64,000 nt of DNA from Dehalococcoidia bacterium (GTDB lineage Bacteria > Chloroflexota > Dehalococcoidia > Lucifugimonadales > GCA-2712585), in assembly GCA_965247585.1 (NCBI GenBank), contig CBDFHC010000005.1, positions 192,334-256,333 on the forward strand. Direction: 5' to 3'. The notes under the pieces were generated by a model. It had not been told where the DNA came from, ran no database searches, and was given only the letters and a program-made list of their open reading frames with translations. The position numbers and the translations under genes were made by a program. Positions within the stretch are counted from its first letter, which is position 1, and each line of letters opens with the position of its first letter. Shown piece after piece: positions 37,559-47,923 of this stretch.

Positions 37559-38974
37559 ATGGCGAACAAGGATATTGCGCTGATGGCGCATCTGATGAGG
37601 CGCGCCGGATTTGGCGCGAGCTATGAGGAGCTGGAGGCCAGGGCGGCCAAGGGGTACGAGGCAACGGTGGAAGAGTTGCTGGACCCGGCGGCGCACGGCG
37701 TGGCGCCGGTGGACCCGTACCTGTTGTTCCGGTATCACCCGATGGTGGAGGCGCCAGGGGCGCCGCCGTACGGCCAGATGAATTTCATGTACCACATGAT
37801 TTCGACGGAGAGGCCGCTGGAAGAGAAGATGGTGCTGTTCTGGCACATGCTGTTCGCCACGGGGAATTCGAAGATAGACAACCCGACGGAGATGGTGCGG
37901 CAGATAGGGATGTTCCGGGAGCATGGGTTGGGTAACTACAGAGATCTTCTGGTGCGGCTGGCGAAGGACCCGGCGATGATCTTCTGGTTGGACAACAATA
38001 TGAGCCACAAGCACGCGCCGAATGAGAACTGGGGTCGAGAGTTGCTTGAGCTGTTCTCCATGGGACAGGGGAACTACTCAGAGGACGACGTGAAGATGGC
38101 GTCCCGGGCGTTTACCGGCTGGACGATCAAGCCGAAGATACCACGTGCACCTTACGGGCGCTACCTGTGGGAATTTGAGTACCGGCCTGAGGACCACGAC
38201 GACAGCACGAAGGAGTTCCTGGGACAAACCGGCCCGCTGAACGGGGAAGACATTATCGACATAGTGGTGCAGCAGCCGGCGACGCGGCGGTTCATACCCA
38301 GGCACCTTTACAACTTCTTCGTTGCGGACGAGGTGCAGGTGCCAAGCTGGAATGACGTGGCGCCACGGGACCCGGCGGCGGTGGAGGCGATAGGGGACGT
38401 GTTGGTAAAGTCGAACTTCGACATAAAGGAGACGCTGAGGTTCATCTTCAACTCCGACTTCTTCAAGGACGAGAGCGTATGGTTCGCGAAGGTGAAGAAC
38501 CCGGCGGAAGTGGTGGCGGGCACGACGCGGCTGGTGGGGGACTTCAACGTTCCGAAGCCGGGCGTACTGCTGCTTGCGATGGAAACGGGCTACCAAGGAC
38601 AGGAGCTGATCAACCCGCCCAGCGTGGAGAGCTGGCACACGGGCCACGAGTGGATAGACACGGGGTCACTGGTGCGGCGGGTAAATTTCGTTGCGGAGAG
38701 GCTGGGGGACGCGGAGCTGCCGGGCGTCAAGGCGATCATCAACAAGCTGAGCGCCAGCGAGTCGCTTTCGGCGGAAGAGCTGGTGGACGGATGCCTGGAG
38801 CTTTTGGGTTCGATACGGGTGGAAAGCGATACACGGGAGCAGCTATTGGAGCACGTCCGGACCGATGGAGAGATTCGCCGAGGCTCCTCAGAGGAAGAGG
38901 TGAGGGCGTTTGGGCAGCGGGTAACGGAGGTGCTGCAACTGATAGCGTCGACGAGGGAGTACCAGTTCGCCTAG
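37559..38974 (+). CDS. DUF1800 domain-containing protein
   Basis: 471 aa. The LMRRAGFGAS N-terminus and the length are typical of DUF1800. Confidence 0.7.
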   Translation: MANKDIALMAHLMRRAGFGASYEELEARAAKGYEATVEELLDPAAHGVAPVDPYLLFRYHPMVEAPGAPPYGQMNFMYHMISTERPLEEKMVLFWHMLFATGNSKIDNPTEMVRQIGMFREHGLGNYRDLLVRLAKDPAMIFWLDNNMSHKHAPNENWGRELLELFSMGQGNYSEDDVKMASRAFTGWTIKPKIPRAPYGRYLWEFEYRPEDHDDSTKEFLGQTGPLNGEDIIDIVVQQPATRRFIPRHLYNFFVADEVQVPSWNDVAPRDPAAVEAIGDVLVKSNFDIKETLRFIFNSDFFKDESVWFAKVKNPAEVVAGTTRLVGDFNVPKPGVLLLAMETGYQGQELINPPSVESWHTGHEWIDTGSLVRRVNFVAERLGDAELPGVKAIINKLSASESLSAEELVDGCLELLGSIRVESDTREQLLEHVRTDGEIRRGSSEEEVRAFGQRVTEVLQLIASTREYQFA

Positions 38975-39033
38975 TGGGCTAGATTTTGAGGAATTACGGG
39001 GAAGATTAGCCGAGCCATAAAAAGGAGTTCCTG

Positions 39034-40041
39034 ATGCCGTTAACGAAGACAGTTGGGGAGCGCACCTACACTTACGACTATTGTATAGGGTCGCTGTTCG
39101 CATTCACGGCGCCGACGGATTTAATCATGGGTCCCAAGCCATCTGTGTACGTGGTGAGTTGGGGGGTGGACCCGGGCTATCCGTTGGGGCAACGACAGGG
39201 CTGGACCCATTGGGACACGAAAGAGGACACAAAAATTACCGCAGGTGGGGGGCAAGGGAGCGAAGACGGGCAGTTTATGTGGCCCGCAGCGATAGACAGG
39301 AATAGCGAAGGGAACGTATTCGTCTCGGACGAGTACCTGAACCGGGTGTCGGTATTCGCGAACGACGGACCGTACCTTAGGAAGTGGGGAACGCCGGGGA
39401 GCGGCGAAGGCCAACTGGATGGCCCGACCGGGATGCGATTCGATGGCGAAGAGAATCTGTATATCGCCGAAAGCCGAAACAACCGGGTGCAGAAGTTCAC
39501 CAAGGACGGCAAATTCTTGGGGCAGTGGGGGCATGAGGGTGGCGGTCAGGGAGAGTTCAGCCGTCCCTCCGGGCTACACATTGATTCCAAAGGAGACGTC
39601 TACGTAGCGGACTGGGGAAACGACCGGGTGCAGAAGTTCTCATCGGAGGGAAGGTTTCTAGCCCAGTTCGGCAGCTCGGGTTCCGGATCGGGTGAGTTGC
39701 TGCATCCCACGGGGGTGGCCACCGATAGGGAGGGGGACGTGTACGTGGCGGATTGGGGGAACAACCGAGTGCAGGTTTACGATCCGAACGGCGAGTTCAT
39801 AACGTCTTTCTATGGCGACGCCAGGGAGCTGGGTAAGTCCGCGGGAACGTTTATAAACGCCAACCCTGACTACGTGAAGGCGCGCAAGCGGGCGGACACG
39901 TCACCGGAGTGGGCGTTCCGCCGGCCAACGGCGGTGGCAGTGGACGAGGACAACAGGATCTACATTGCCGAGTCGATCAGCGGGCGGGTACAGGTGTACG
40001 TTAAGGAAGAGGACTACACGGACCCGCAGTTCAACCTGTAG
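39034..40041 (+). CDS. NHL repeat-containing beta-propeller protein
   Basis: Six repeats of the form G.G.GQ...P.G...D..G.(V/I)YVAD..N.RVQ(K/V)(F/Y). Confidence 0.85.
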   Translation: MPLTKTVGERTYTYDYCIGSLFAFTAPTDLIMGPKPSVYVVSWGVDPGYPLGQRQGWTHWDTKEDTKITAGGGQGSEDGQFMWPAAIDRNSEGNVFVSDEYLNRVSVFANDGPYLRKWGTPGSGEGQLDGPTGMRFDGEENLYIAESRNNRVQKFTKDGKFLGQWGHEGGGQGEFSRPSGLHIDSKGDVYVADWGNDRVQKFSSEGRFLAQFGSSGSGSGELLHPTGVATDREGDVYVADWGNNRVQVYDPNGEFITSFYGDARELGKSAGTFINANPDYVKARKRADTSPEWAFRRPTAVAVDEDNRIYIAESISGRVQVYVKEEDYTDPQFNL

Positions 40042-40086
40042 AGGACTTAGAGCGCCAGCCGGCGCAACGATTTGGGAGAGAGTACG

Positions 40087-40119
40087 CAGGGGCCCGCCGA
40101 TGGCGGGCCCCTGGTTTTT
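40087..40119 (+). terminator. Rho-independent terminator
   Basis: 12-bp stem CAGGGGCCCGCC / GGCGGGCCCCTG with loop GAT, then G + TTTTT. It lies 46 nt after the NHL gene stop. Confidence 0.85.
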
Positions 40120-40120
40120 G

Positions 40121-40395
40121 GGTGGAGTATTGATGGCGATGGGCATTACTACTATGAAGGACTGAGAATCGAAGGTTGGTGGTACCCACCCTGCCACCCA
40201 GTAAGGTTTTATTTTCTGAGGGCCACCCTCAGACTCCAGGCAGCACCACCCAGGTTCCCTGCACTCTCCTGTATGGTTGGTGTCCTCAATGGTTGGACGG
40301 GTCAATGGATTGAAAATCAAAGGTTGGACCTGCAGCTCTCCATCAAGGGCCTCAGGATGGGCGAGTTCCAGGGCCGAAGGTCTATTTTCGGGGGA
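40121..40395 (+). repeat. A unit (subtype 2) plus E-like/H module
   Basis: Box GGTTGGTGGTACCCACCCTGCCACCC, hairpin 1 CTGAGGGCCACCCTCAG, then CATCAAGGGCCTCAGGATGGGCGAG and TCTATTTTCGGGGG. Confidence 0.9.
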
Positions 40396-40454
40396 ATGTG
40401 TGTAGAATACAGGCGTTAGTAGGCCAGGTTAGACCAGCGAGGAGGACTGCCGAG

Positions 40455-41300
40455 ATGAAGGTTGGAATTGGGTTGCCGTTGCCAGCGTATTACACGGATG
40501 TGGCGTTTGTGGCGCAGAAGGGGGAGGAGTTGGGATTCGAGTCGCTGTGGTGCGCGGAACACCCGATTATTCCGGTGGTGAGCAAAAGCCGGTTCCCAGG
40601 GTCTGAGGACGGGGAGATACCGGATGCGTACTCGCATTTTGTGGACCCGTTCGTGGCGCTGGCCCGGGCGTCCGGGGTGACGAAGACTATGACGCTGGGG
40701 ACGGGGATAACGCTGATAACGGAGCGAAACCCGCTGCTGTTGGCGAAGGAGATATCCACGCTGGACCATTTCAGCGGCGGCCGGTTTATGTTCGGCATCG
40801 GGACGGGGTGGCTGAGGGAGGAGACGGAGATAATGGGGGGGGACTTCGACCACCGATGGACGCAGGCGCGGGAGGCGGTGGCGGTGTTGAGGGAGCTGTG
40901 GACAAAAGATGAGGCGGAGTACCATGGGAAGTATTACGACTTTCCGGCGGTGAAATCGTTTCCCAAGCCAGCGCAGGCGGGCGGGCCGCCGATCATCCTG
41001 GGAGGGATGGCGCCGAATGTGTTGAAGAGGGTGGTGGCGTGGGGTGACGGCTGGCTGCCGAACCGATTATCGCCGGAGGAGTTAAAGGTGAAGCGGGCGG
41101 AGTTGAACCGGCTGGCGGAGGCGGCTGGGAGGGACCCGGCGTCGATAAGCGTTAACATATTCGGGCAGCCGCCGGACGCGGAGCTGATCAAGGCGTACGA
41201 GGACGCGGGGGCGGACCGGTACGTGATACGGACCCCGGCGCTTCGGTCAGAGAAGGAGCTGGGGGAGGAGTTGGAGCGGATGGCGGTGGCGGTTTTATAG
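40455..41300 (+). CDS. LLM-class F420-dependent oxidoreductase-like protein
   Basis: Start moved to ATG 40455 (GGAGG upstream). It has ESLWCAEHP and GGRFMFGIGTGW. Confidence 0.85.
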   Translation: MKVGIGLPLPAYYTDVAFVAQKGEELGFESLWCAEHPIIPVVSKSRFPGSEDGEIPDAYSHFVDPFVALARASGVTKTMTLGTGITLITERNPLLLAKEISTLDHFSGGRFMFGIGTGWLREETEIMGGDFDHRWTQAREAVAVLRELWTKDEAEYHGKYYDFPAVKSFPKPAQAGGPPIILGGMAPNVLKRVVAWGDGWLPNRLSPEELKVKRAELNRLAEAAGRDPASISVNIFGQPPDAELIKAYEDAGADRYVIRTPALRSEKELGEELERMAVAVL

Positions 41301-41328
41301 AGGGGTCCTGAGTGACGGGCTGTGTGGG

Positions 41329-41907
41329 AGGCGATCAGCAATGGTGAAGGGTATGGCTACAGCAAAGGACTCCAAATCGGAGGTTGGTGGTTCCCGCCAT
41401 CCCGCCCAGGAAGGTTTCTAAAGCTTATTTCTGAGGGACACCCTCAGACTCCCGGCATGGAACCCAGGTTCCCTGCACTCTCTTGTTTGGTTGGTGTTGT
41501 TGAAACGACCGGCGGTTTGCGAGGCGATCAGCCGTACCGCTGGGGAATGCCACGACGATTGGCTGCAAATCGTGGGTTGGTGGTTCCCACCATCCCGCCC
41601 CGGAAGGTTTTTAAAGCTTTTCTGAGGGACACCCTCAGACTCCCGGCAGCACCACCCAGGTTCCCTGCACCTTCCTTTACGATGCATCCAATAATGCGGT
41701 AAGGCTCCTCCACAGAGGAGTCACAAAAGGCGAATCGCCAGGCTATTGCAGAGGACTGCAAATCGTGGGTTGGTGGTTCCCACCGTCCCGCCCCGGAAGG
41801 TTTTTAAAGGTTTTTCTGAGGGACACCCTCAGAATCCCGGCAGGAAACCCAGGTGCTCCTGCACCTTCCTTTGTGTGGCTGGTGCTAATTGTGCGCGTTA
41901 GGCGCAG
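41329..41907 (+). repeat. Three tandem A units (193-bp period)
   Basis: GGTTGGTGG occurs at 41382, 41575 and 41768. The third unit's hairpin 2 is GCAGGA/TCCTGC (41840-41862). Confidence 0.9.
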
Positions 41908-41965
41908 TCTCACTGGCCGGGATGAGATGTTATCTAGGAGATACCCCGCCGGTGGGCAGGCTCGA

Positions 41966-42916
41966 CTAGAAGAGGGCGACGGGGTTGACGGGGGAGCCGG
42001 TGGTGTTGTGGAGGCGGAGGGGTAGGATGTTGATGAGGAACTCCCACCGGTTTCGGGACTGGCACTCTTTGGCCACGTCCTCCAGGTTGGCGTTGTCCAG
42101 TATCCACATGCCCATGGCGACAAGGCCCACCTGGTGGATGGGGTTGGTCATAAGCTCGTAGGGAGGCGGCTGGACGTCGTTGCCGGTGTCGGAGCCAAGG
42201 ACGGAGACGCCCCGCTGATGGAGGAGGGGGAGGCAGGAGCCGTGCAGGGCGGTGCTGCCCTCGGCGGCGATGTCCACAGCCCCTTGGACGCCGCGGCGGT
42301 GGAGTTGACCGGTGCGGACGAGGAGGACGTCGCCTTCCTCCACGGTGAAGCCACAGCGCTTCTCGGCAGCGAGGATGTCCTCGGGCATGACGCCCTGGCC
42401 GCGGTCAATCCAGTCGACGCCGCGAACCAAGGGGACGTCCACCAGGACGGCCCGGGTGACGATGCCATCTTTGACGAGCTCCACGGCGCCCTCGGTGGCG
42501 CCGAGACGGGTGGAGACGAGCTTGGCATCAAGGCCGTTGTACATCTTGCCCTCCCAGAAGAAGTGACAGAGGCTGTCCAGGTGGGTGATGCTGTGGCCGT
42601 GGAAGATCATGCCAAAGAAGTCGCTGGAGGTCTGAGCGGGCCGGTCAAAGAGTCGATCGCCGGTGGCGAAGCCCTCGCCGCTGGAGACCATGTAGTGGAT
42701 GGGCGGGGCGGGTTGGTCCGGCATGGACTCGAACCGAACGGTGCGGGAGAGGCTGAGGGTAACGCCGTCCTGGACGAGGGCCAGGGCCCGCTTTCGCTTG
42801 TCCGGGGTGATGTAGTTGAGGCAGCCGATCCGGTCGCCAGCGCCCCAACGACCCCAATTGCTGAGGGATTTCATATAGCCCAGCATCTCTTGCTCAGAGG
42901 GTATGGTTGCGGGCAT
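41966..42916 (-). CDS. Cyclase family protein (kynurenine formamidase-like)
   Basis: HGHSITHLDSLCHF motif; 316 aa. Confidence 0.8.
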   Translation of the reverse strand: MPATIPSEQEMLGYMKSLSNWGRWGAGDRIGCLNYITPDKRKRALALVQDGVTLSLSRTVRFESMPDQPAPPIHYMVSSGEGFATGDRLFDRPAQTSSDFFGMIFHGHSITHLDSLCHFFWEGKMYNGLDAKLVSTRLGATEGAVELVKDGIVTRAVLVDVPLVRGVDWIDRGQGVMPEDILAAEKRCGFTVEEGDVLLVRTGQLHRRGVQGAVDIAAEGSTALHGSCLPLLHQRGVSVLGSDTGNDVQPPPYELMTNPIHQVGLVAMGMWILDNANLEDVAKECQSRNRWEFLINILPLRLHNTTGSPVNPVALF

Positions 42917-42976
42917 GGCGGCCTCCTTAGGAGTTTGACCGTAAAATAGGCCAAGGGAAGATGGGCGTCAAGGCGG

Positions 42977-43726
42977 TCAAAGAAGGCGGACGATCTCTCG
43001 CACCAGGACGCCGAAGCTGGCGGCGAGGAGAACGGTGAGGACCAGGCGCCGGAAGAGGGCTTCGTCGACGCGGCCGACGAGGCGGGTGGCGATGAAGGCG
43101 CCAGCGAGGAGGACAGGGATGAAGATGGCGCCGCTGCGGAGCTCCTGGGCGCCCATCAGGCCGCTGATGGCGTGGGAGGCGAGGCCGATGACGGAGGTGA
43201 CCAGGAAGAAGCTGGAGAGCATGGCGCGGGTGCGGTCGCGGCCCCAGCGCTGGTTGAGGGCGAAGAGGGCGACGATGGGCCCCCCCAGGGCCAAGCCGGC
43301 GTTGAGGAATCCGTAGGATGCGCCGATGGGGACGGCGGCCAGTCGCTCTCGGTGGAGGTATCTGAGGCGGCCGACCATGCCCAGCATGGCGGTGGCGATG
43401 ATGACGGAGGTAAGTGCCAGCCTGAGGGAGGAGTCAGGCGCGGATGCGGCGACGTAAGTGCCCAAGGGAACGCCGACGAGGCTACCCAGGAGCAGGGCGA
43501 AGAAGGTGGAGCGGTCTATGAATCTCCATGTTTGGCTGGAGACGACGATGAAGAGGACGCTGGTGAGGATAAGGTTGATCTCGACGGCGAGGACAGGTTC
43601 GAGCCAGATGAGGAGGAAGGGCATGGTGGTCATGCCGAAGCCGAAGGAGACGATACCGACGGCAATGGCGGCGAGGAAAACGAGGATCTGGAGGGCGGCC
43701 ATCTCGGCGGGGCCTATGTCTAGCAT
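42977..43726 (-). CDS. TauE/SafE family sulfite-exporter-like membrane protein
   Basis: Polytopic (about 8 TM) with a DUF81-like pattern. Start is ATG 43726 or TTG 43759. Confidence 0.7.
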   Translation of the reverse strand: MLDIGPAEMAALQILVFLAAIAVGIVSFGFGMTTMPFLLIWLEPVLAVEINLILTSVLFIVVSSQTWRFIDRSTFFALLLGSLVGVPLGTYVAASAPDSSLRLALTSVIIATAMLGMVGRLRYLHRERLAAVPIGASYGFLNAGLALGGPIVALFALNQRWGRDRTRAMLSSFFLVTSVIGLASHAISGLMGAQELRSGAIFIPVLLAGAFIATRLVGRVDEALFRRLVLTVLLAASFGVLVREIVRLL

Positions 43727-43786
43727 TGGATAGGCATTTCGGCAGGTGAGGCGGGACAAGGGTATCAGGGGGGGTGGCTAAAGGGA

Positions 43787-44200
43787 CAGCCTGATCCGCC
43801 ACAGGCGGACCGGCAGAGGGGCTGTGCTCCTCTGGACTCCCTCTTTTAAGGGAGGTGGAAATGTAGGCAGTGCGGTTTTCGAGGCGATCAGCCACGGGGG
43901 TGGGTGTCACCGCTTTTAGGGGCTCCAAATCTAAGGTTGGTTGACGGCAAGTTTTCAAACCGGGAGAATCGCGGATGCCGGTTGCGACCGGGACCATAGG
44001 GATGAAGGTCGAGGCTGGGATGGAGGGCAGTGGTCGCCGCGGTAGGACTTGCTCTCCCCCCACACCCAGAGTCTTCGATCCTCACGCACGGACTCAGAAT
44101 GACATGGTGGGGGGCGGAATGCGGTATGGGCTCGTCCTTCGAGAGCCTAAGGATGAGCGGGTTGGAGGCGTAGGAGGCTTATTTTCATAGGAGTGACAAG
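43787..44200 (+). repeat. S variant, truncated box, F, B, C'
   Basis: The hairpin 1 stem is replaced but the loop is kept: CCGCC-ACA-GGCGG (43796-43808). B lies at 44049-44170. Confidence 0.85.
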
Positions 44201-44282
44201 GTAGGAGGGTGGACCGGGGCTGGAGTGTTGTGGGAAGGGGTATGGAAGCCGGATGGGATTATGTTTTCGAGGCAATTGTGGA

Positions 44283-45266
44283 ATGCGAGCAGTTGTAATT
44301 GAACAGGCTATAGGCCCGGGGGGGCTGGCGGTGCGGGAGGTGGGGGACCCGGTGGCGGGACCGGAGGAGGTGTTGGTGGAGGTGAAGGCCACGGCGTTGA
44401 ACCGTGCGGACCTGGCGCAGATAAGCGGGAATTACCCGGCACCCCTGGGCAGTCCGCCGGACATACCTGGGCTGGAGATGGCGGGGGTGGTGCTGGAGGC
44501 GGGACGGTACGTGGCAGGGGTGAAGCCGGGGGACCGGGTGTTCGGACTGCTGGGCGGGGGAGGTTATGCGTCTAAGGTGGCGGTACACCACCGGACGACG
44601 ACGCCGATACCGGAGCGGCTGGACTTCGTACAGGCGGCGGCCTGCCCGGAGGTGTTTTTTACGGCGTACGACGCGCTGTTCAACCATTGCGAGCTGAGGA
44701 TGGGGGAGCGGGCGCTGGTACACGCCGGCGGCAGCGGAGTGGGCACGGCGGCGATTCAACTGGCGAAGAGCTGCGGGGCGTTCACGCTGGCGACGGCGGG
44801 GTCAAAGGAGAAGCTGGAGAAGGCGAAGGCGCTGGGGCTGGACGTGGGGATTAATTACCGGGAGGAGGACTTCGCGGAGGCGGTGGCCCGGGAGACGGGC
44901 GGGGAGGGTGTGGATGTGATTGTGGACATGGTAGGCGGACCGTACTGGGAGAGAAACCTGAGGTGTCTTTCGGTGGGCGGCCGGATGGTGATAGTGGGAG
45001 CGCTGGGTGGAGGGAAGGTGGAGACGGACATACGCCGGTTGATGCCGAAGCGGCTAAGGGTCCACGGGACGGTGCTCCGGTCGCGGCCGCTGGAGGAGAA
45101 GATCGGGCTGACGCAACAGTTTCGAAAGCACGTGGCGCCGTTGCTGGAGAGGGGTGAAGTACAGCCGGTGATAGACCGGGTATTTCGGCTTGAGGAGGCG
45201 GCGGAAGCGCTGAGGTATATGGAGAGCAACGCAAACTTTGGGAAGATAGTGTTGACGGTGGAGTAG
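44283..45266 (+). CDS. NAD(P)H:quinone oxidoreductase (MDR family, zeta-crystallin-like)
   Basis: Start moved to ATG 44283. It has AGGSGVGTAAIQLAK and no catalytic-Zn ligand pattern. Confidence 0.85.
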   Translation: MRAVVIEQAIGPGGLAVREVGDPVAGPEEVLVEVKATALNRADLAQISGNYPAPLGSPPDIPGLEMAGVVLEAGRYVAGVKPGDRVFGLLGGGGYASKVAVHHRTTTPIPERLDFVQAAACPEVFFTAYDALFNHCELRMGERALVHAGGSGVGTAAIQLAKSCGAFTLATAGSKEKLEKAKALGLDVGINYREEDFAEAVARETGGEGVDVIVDMVGGPYWERNLRCLSVGGRMVIVGALGGGKVETDIRRLMPKRLRVHGTVLRSRPLEEKIGLTQQFRKHVAPLLERGEVQPVIDRVFRLEEAAEALRYMESNANFGKIVLTVE

Positions 45267-45295
45267 GCGGAAGGCCAAGTGGTGGAGGGAATCTA

Positions 45296-45325
45296 TTGAC
45301 CGTAGCGGAGAGAATTTACTAAAAT
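45296..45325 (+). promoter_or_regulatory. Candidate promoter of the ilv T-box leader
   Basis: TTGACC (45296-45301), 18 nt spacer, TAAAAT (45320-45325). Confidence 0.5.
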
Positions 45326-45334
45326 TAGGAATGA

Positions 45335-45567
45335 ATACGAATTAAGAACGCTTAGATAGGGACAGTTAGCGGTTTCCTGGGCGATAGAGGGCGGGGAAGC
45401 GGCGGAAGCCAAGCGCAAAGAGAGCCGTGAGATCAGCCCGGATCGGCCAGCCTGAACCGCAGGAGGGCTGGAAGGGCCGCCCGTTACAGCGCTGGAGCGC
45501 CCCGGCAGGCCGGGGAAGAAGGGTGGTAACGCGGAGCAGGTCCGTCCCTTCCAGGGACGGGCTTTTT
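45335..45567 (+). promoter_or_regulatory. T-box riboswitch leader controlling ilvBNC
   Basis: AGAGAG and GTGAGA stem-I elements lie at about 45418-45432. The T-box sequence GGGTGGTAACGCGG (45521-45534) overlaps the 5' side of a terminator hairpin. The specifier codon is not resolved. Confidence 0.8.
45540..45567 (+). terminator. T-box leader terminator (attenuator)
   Basis: GTCCGTCCCT-TCC-AGGGACGGGC (10 bp, one U.G), followed by TTTTT (45563-45567). Confidence 0.85.
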
Positions 45568-45622
45568 CTATTGAGGCGATGGAGAAGAAAGGAAGAGGGG
45601 TAGAATTGAGGAGGAGCAGCCG

Positions 45623-47323
45623 ATGAAGCTGAACGGGGGTCAGATAGTATGTGAAAGCCTGCTGCGGGAGGGGGTGGAGATTGTGTTCGGGATTCCCGGA
45701 GGGGCGATTCTGACGCTGTACCAGACGCTGCCACAGTATCCCCAGTTGCGGCACGTGCTGATGCGCCACGAGCAAGGGGCGGCGCACGCGGCGGACGGGT
45801 ACGCCAGGGCGACGGGGAGGGTTGGAGTAGCCTTCGGGACGTCAGGTCCCGGGGCGACGAACCTGGTGACGGGAATAGCCACGGCACAGATGGACTCGGT
45901 GCCGACGGTGTTTGTGACCGGTCAGGTGGGACGGGACGCCATTGGGAAGGACGCTTTTCAGGAGACGGACGTCACCGGGGTGACGCTGCCGATCACGAAG
46001 CACAACTACCTGGTATGGAACGCCAGCGAGATTGCAGAAGTAATCAAGGAGGCGTTCTACCTCGCGAGGACAGGGAGGCCGGGTCCGGTGCTGGTGGATA
46101 TACCGAAGGATGTGTTTGTGGAGGAGGCGGAGTTCGAGTACCCGGAGACGGTGGACCTGCCGAACTATGTACCGGCGTTGGAAGCCGATCCGGCGGCGGT
46201 GGAGGAAGCGGCGAAGCTGATTCGGGAGGCGAAGCGGCCGCTGATTCTGGCGGGACACGGGAACATTATCTCGAGGTCGTACGAAGAGCTGCGGGAGCTG
46301 GCGGAGAAGACGCAGATACCAGTGATAACAACGCTTTTGGGGATCAGCTCGTTCCCGGACACGCACCCGCTGTGCGTTGGGATGCCGGGGATGCACGGGA
46401 TGGCGTACGCCAACATTGCCATAGACGAGTCTGACTTGCTGATAGCGTTGGGAATGCGATTTGACGACCGGATTACGGGAAAGCTGAGCCGGTTCGCGCC
46501 GAACGCCAAGGTGATCCACGTGGAGATAGACCCGTCAGAGATACACAAGAACGTGAGAGCCACGGTGCCGCTGGTGGGTGATGTGAAGAGCGTGTTAAAG
46601 CAGCTTATCCCGGCGGTGGAACCGTTGAGCCATGAGGAGTGGGTCCAGCGGATCCAAGAGTTGAAGGTGGCGCACCCGCCAATGCGGCCCAAGACGACGG
46701 GGGAGCTGAGGCCGCAGTACATCTTGCAGGCGCTATCAGAGGCGACCAAGGGAGAGGCGGTGATAGTGACGGGGGTGGGCCAGCACCAGATGTGGGCGGC
46801 GCAACACTGCACGTTCACGAAGCCGAACAGCCTGATCACTTCGGGCGGGTTGGGAACGATGGGGTTCGAGGTGCCAGCGGCGCTGGGAGCGCAGATGGGG
46901 CTTCCCGGAACGCAGGTGTGGTCTGTGGCCGGCGATGGGGGATTCCAGATGACGATGTCAGAATTGGCAACGATGGTGGAGAACAAGGTGCCGGTGAAGT
47001 TCGCGCTGCTGAACAATAATTTCCTGGGGATGGTGCGGCAGTGGCAGGACCTGTTCTACGATAAGAGCTACGTGCATACGGGGTACACGGGGAACCCGGA
47101 TTTTGTGAAGCTGGCGGACGCGTTTGGGATGTACGGGGCCAGGGTGACGCGGGAAGAGGATGTGCTGCCGGCGATAAGGGCGGCAATGGAGGAGCCGGGG
47201 CCGACGCTGATAGACTTTGTTGTGGCACGGGAGGAGAATGTGTACCCAATGATACCGGCGGGGGGCACGGTTGATCAGCAGATGGAGGAGCCGATAGAGG
47301 AGCCGATAGAGGGTCACGCCTGA
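45623..47323 (+). CDS. ilvB: Acetolactate synthase, large (catalytic) subunit
   Basis: 566 aa ThDP enzyme with [24 protein letters not shown] and GDGGFQM. It is followed by ilvN and ilvC. Confidence 0.95.
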   Translation: MKLNGGQIVCESLLREGVEIVFGIPGGAILTLYQTLPQYPQLRHVLMRHEQGAAHAADGYARATGRVGVAFGTSGPGATNLVTGIATAQMDSVPTVFVTGQVGRDAIGKDAFQETDVTGVTLPITKHNYLVWNASEIAEVIKEAFYLARTGRPGPVLVDIPKDVFVEEAEFEYPETVDLPNYVPALEADPAAVEEAAKLIREAKRPLILAGHGNIISRSYEELRELAEKTQIPVITTLLGISSFPDTHPLCVGMPGMHGMAYANIAIDESDLLIALGMRFDDRITGKLSRFAPNAKVIHVEIDPSEIHKNVRATVPLVGDVKSVLKQLIPAVEPLSHEEWVQRIQELKVAHPPMRPKTTGELRPQYILQALSEATKGEAVIVTGVGQHQMWAAQHCTFTKPNSLITSGGLGTMGFEVPAALGAQMGLPGTQVWSVAGDGGFQMTMSELATMVENKVPVKFALLNNNFLGMVRQWQDLFYDKSYVHTGYTGNPDFVKLADAFGMYGARVTREEDVLPAIRAAMEEPGPTLIDFVVAREENVYPMIPAGGTVDQQMEEPIEEPIEGHA

Positions 47324-47862
47324 TGCAGGATAGGACCACAACGCCGGAGAACACTACTACGATAGTGGCTATGGTGCGGGACCGGCCCGGGGTTCTGAAC
47401 CGGGTGTCCAGCATGTTCCGCCGCCGAAACTTCAACATTGTGAGCCTGGCGGTGGGACAGTCAGAGGCGCCAGGAATGTCACGGATGACGTTCGTGGTGA
47501 CCGGTGACGACGCCACGGTGGACCAGGTGATAAAGCAGCTTCGGAAGCTGATTGACGTAGCGTCAGTGAGCCCCTTAAGCGAACAGCACATGGTGTCCAG
47601 GGAGCTGGCGCTGATCCGGGTGCACGCGAGCTCGCTGACGCGGGCGGAAGTGACGCAGATAGTAGAGATATACCGGGCTAATATAGTTGACGTGGCGCCG
47701 GACTCGTTGATAGTTGAAGTGGTGGGTGACGAGGACAAAGTACAGTCCCTGAAGAACCTACTTTCGACCTTCGGGATAACGGAGATGATCCGGACGGGAA
47801 GGGTAGCCATGTTGCGTGGTATGACCGAGGACACGCCGAACGGCAGAACGCCCATATCTTAG
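47323..47862 (+). CDS. ilvN: Acetolactate synthase, small (regulatory) subunit
   Basis: ACT domain ([22 protein letters not shown]). The start overlaps the ilvB stop (TGATG). Confidence 0.95.
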   Translation: MQDRTTTPENTTTIVAMVRDRPGVLNRVSSMFRRRNFNIVSLAVGQSEAPGMSRMTFVVTGDDATVDQVIKQLRKLIDVASVSPLSEQHMVSRELALIRVHASSLTRAEVTQIVEIYRANIVDVAPDSLIVEVVGDEDKVQSLKNLLSTFGITEMIRTGRVAMLRGMTEDTPNGRTPIS

Positions 47863-47923
47863 GGGCGTCCCGAACCTGATTATTGGGTGTACCAAGCGTC
47901 TAAGAGGAAGAAAGGACTGATTC

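Noticed and set aside
45440-45470. I attempted to call the T-box specifier codon (CUG Leu versus CCG Pro after GAA).
   Set aside because: Stem I could not be folded unambiguously by eye, and a Pro specifier would be biologically odd for ilvBNC. The codon is left uncalled.
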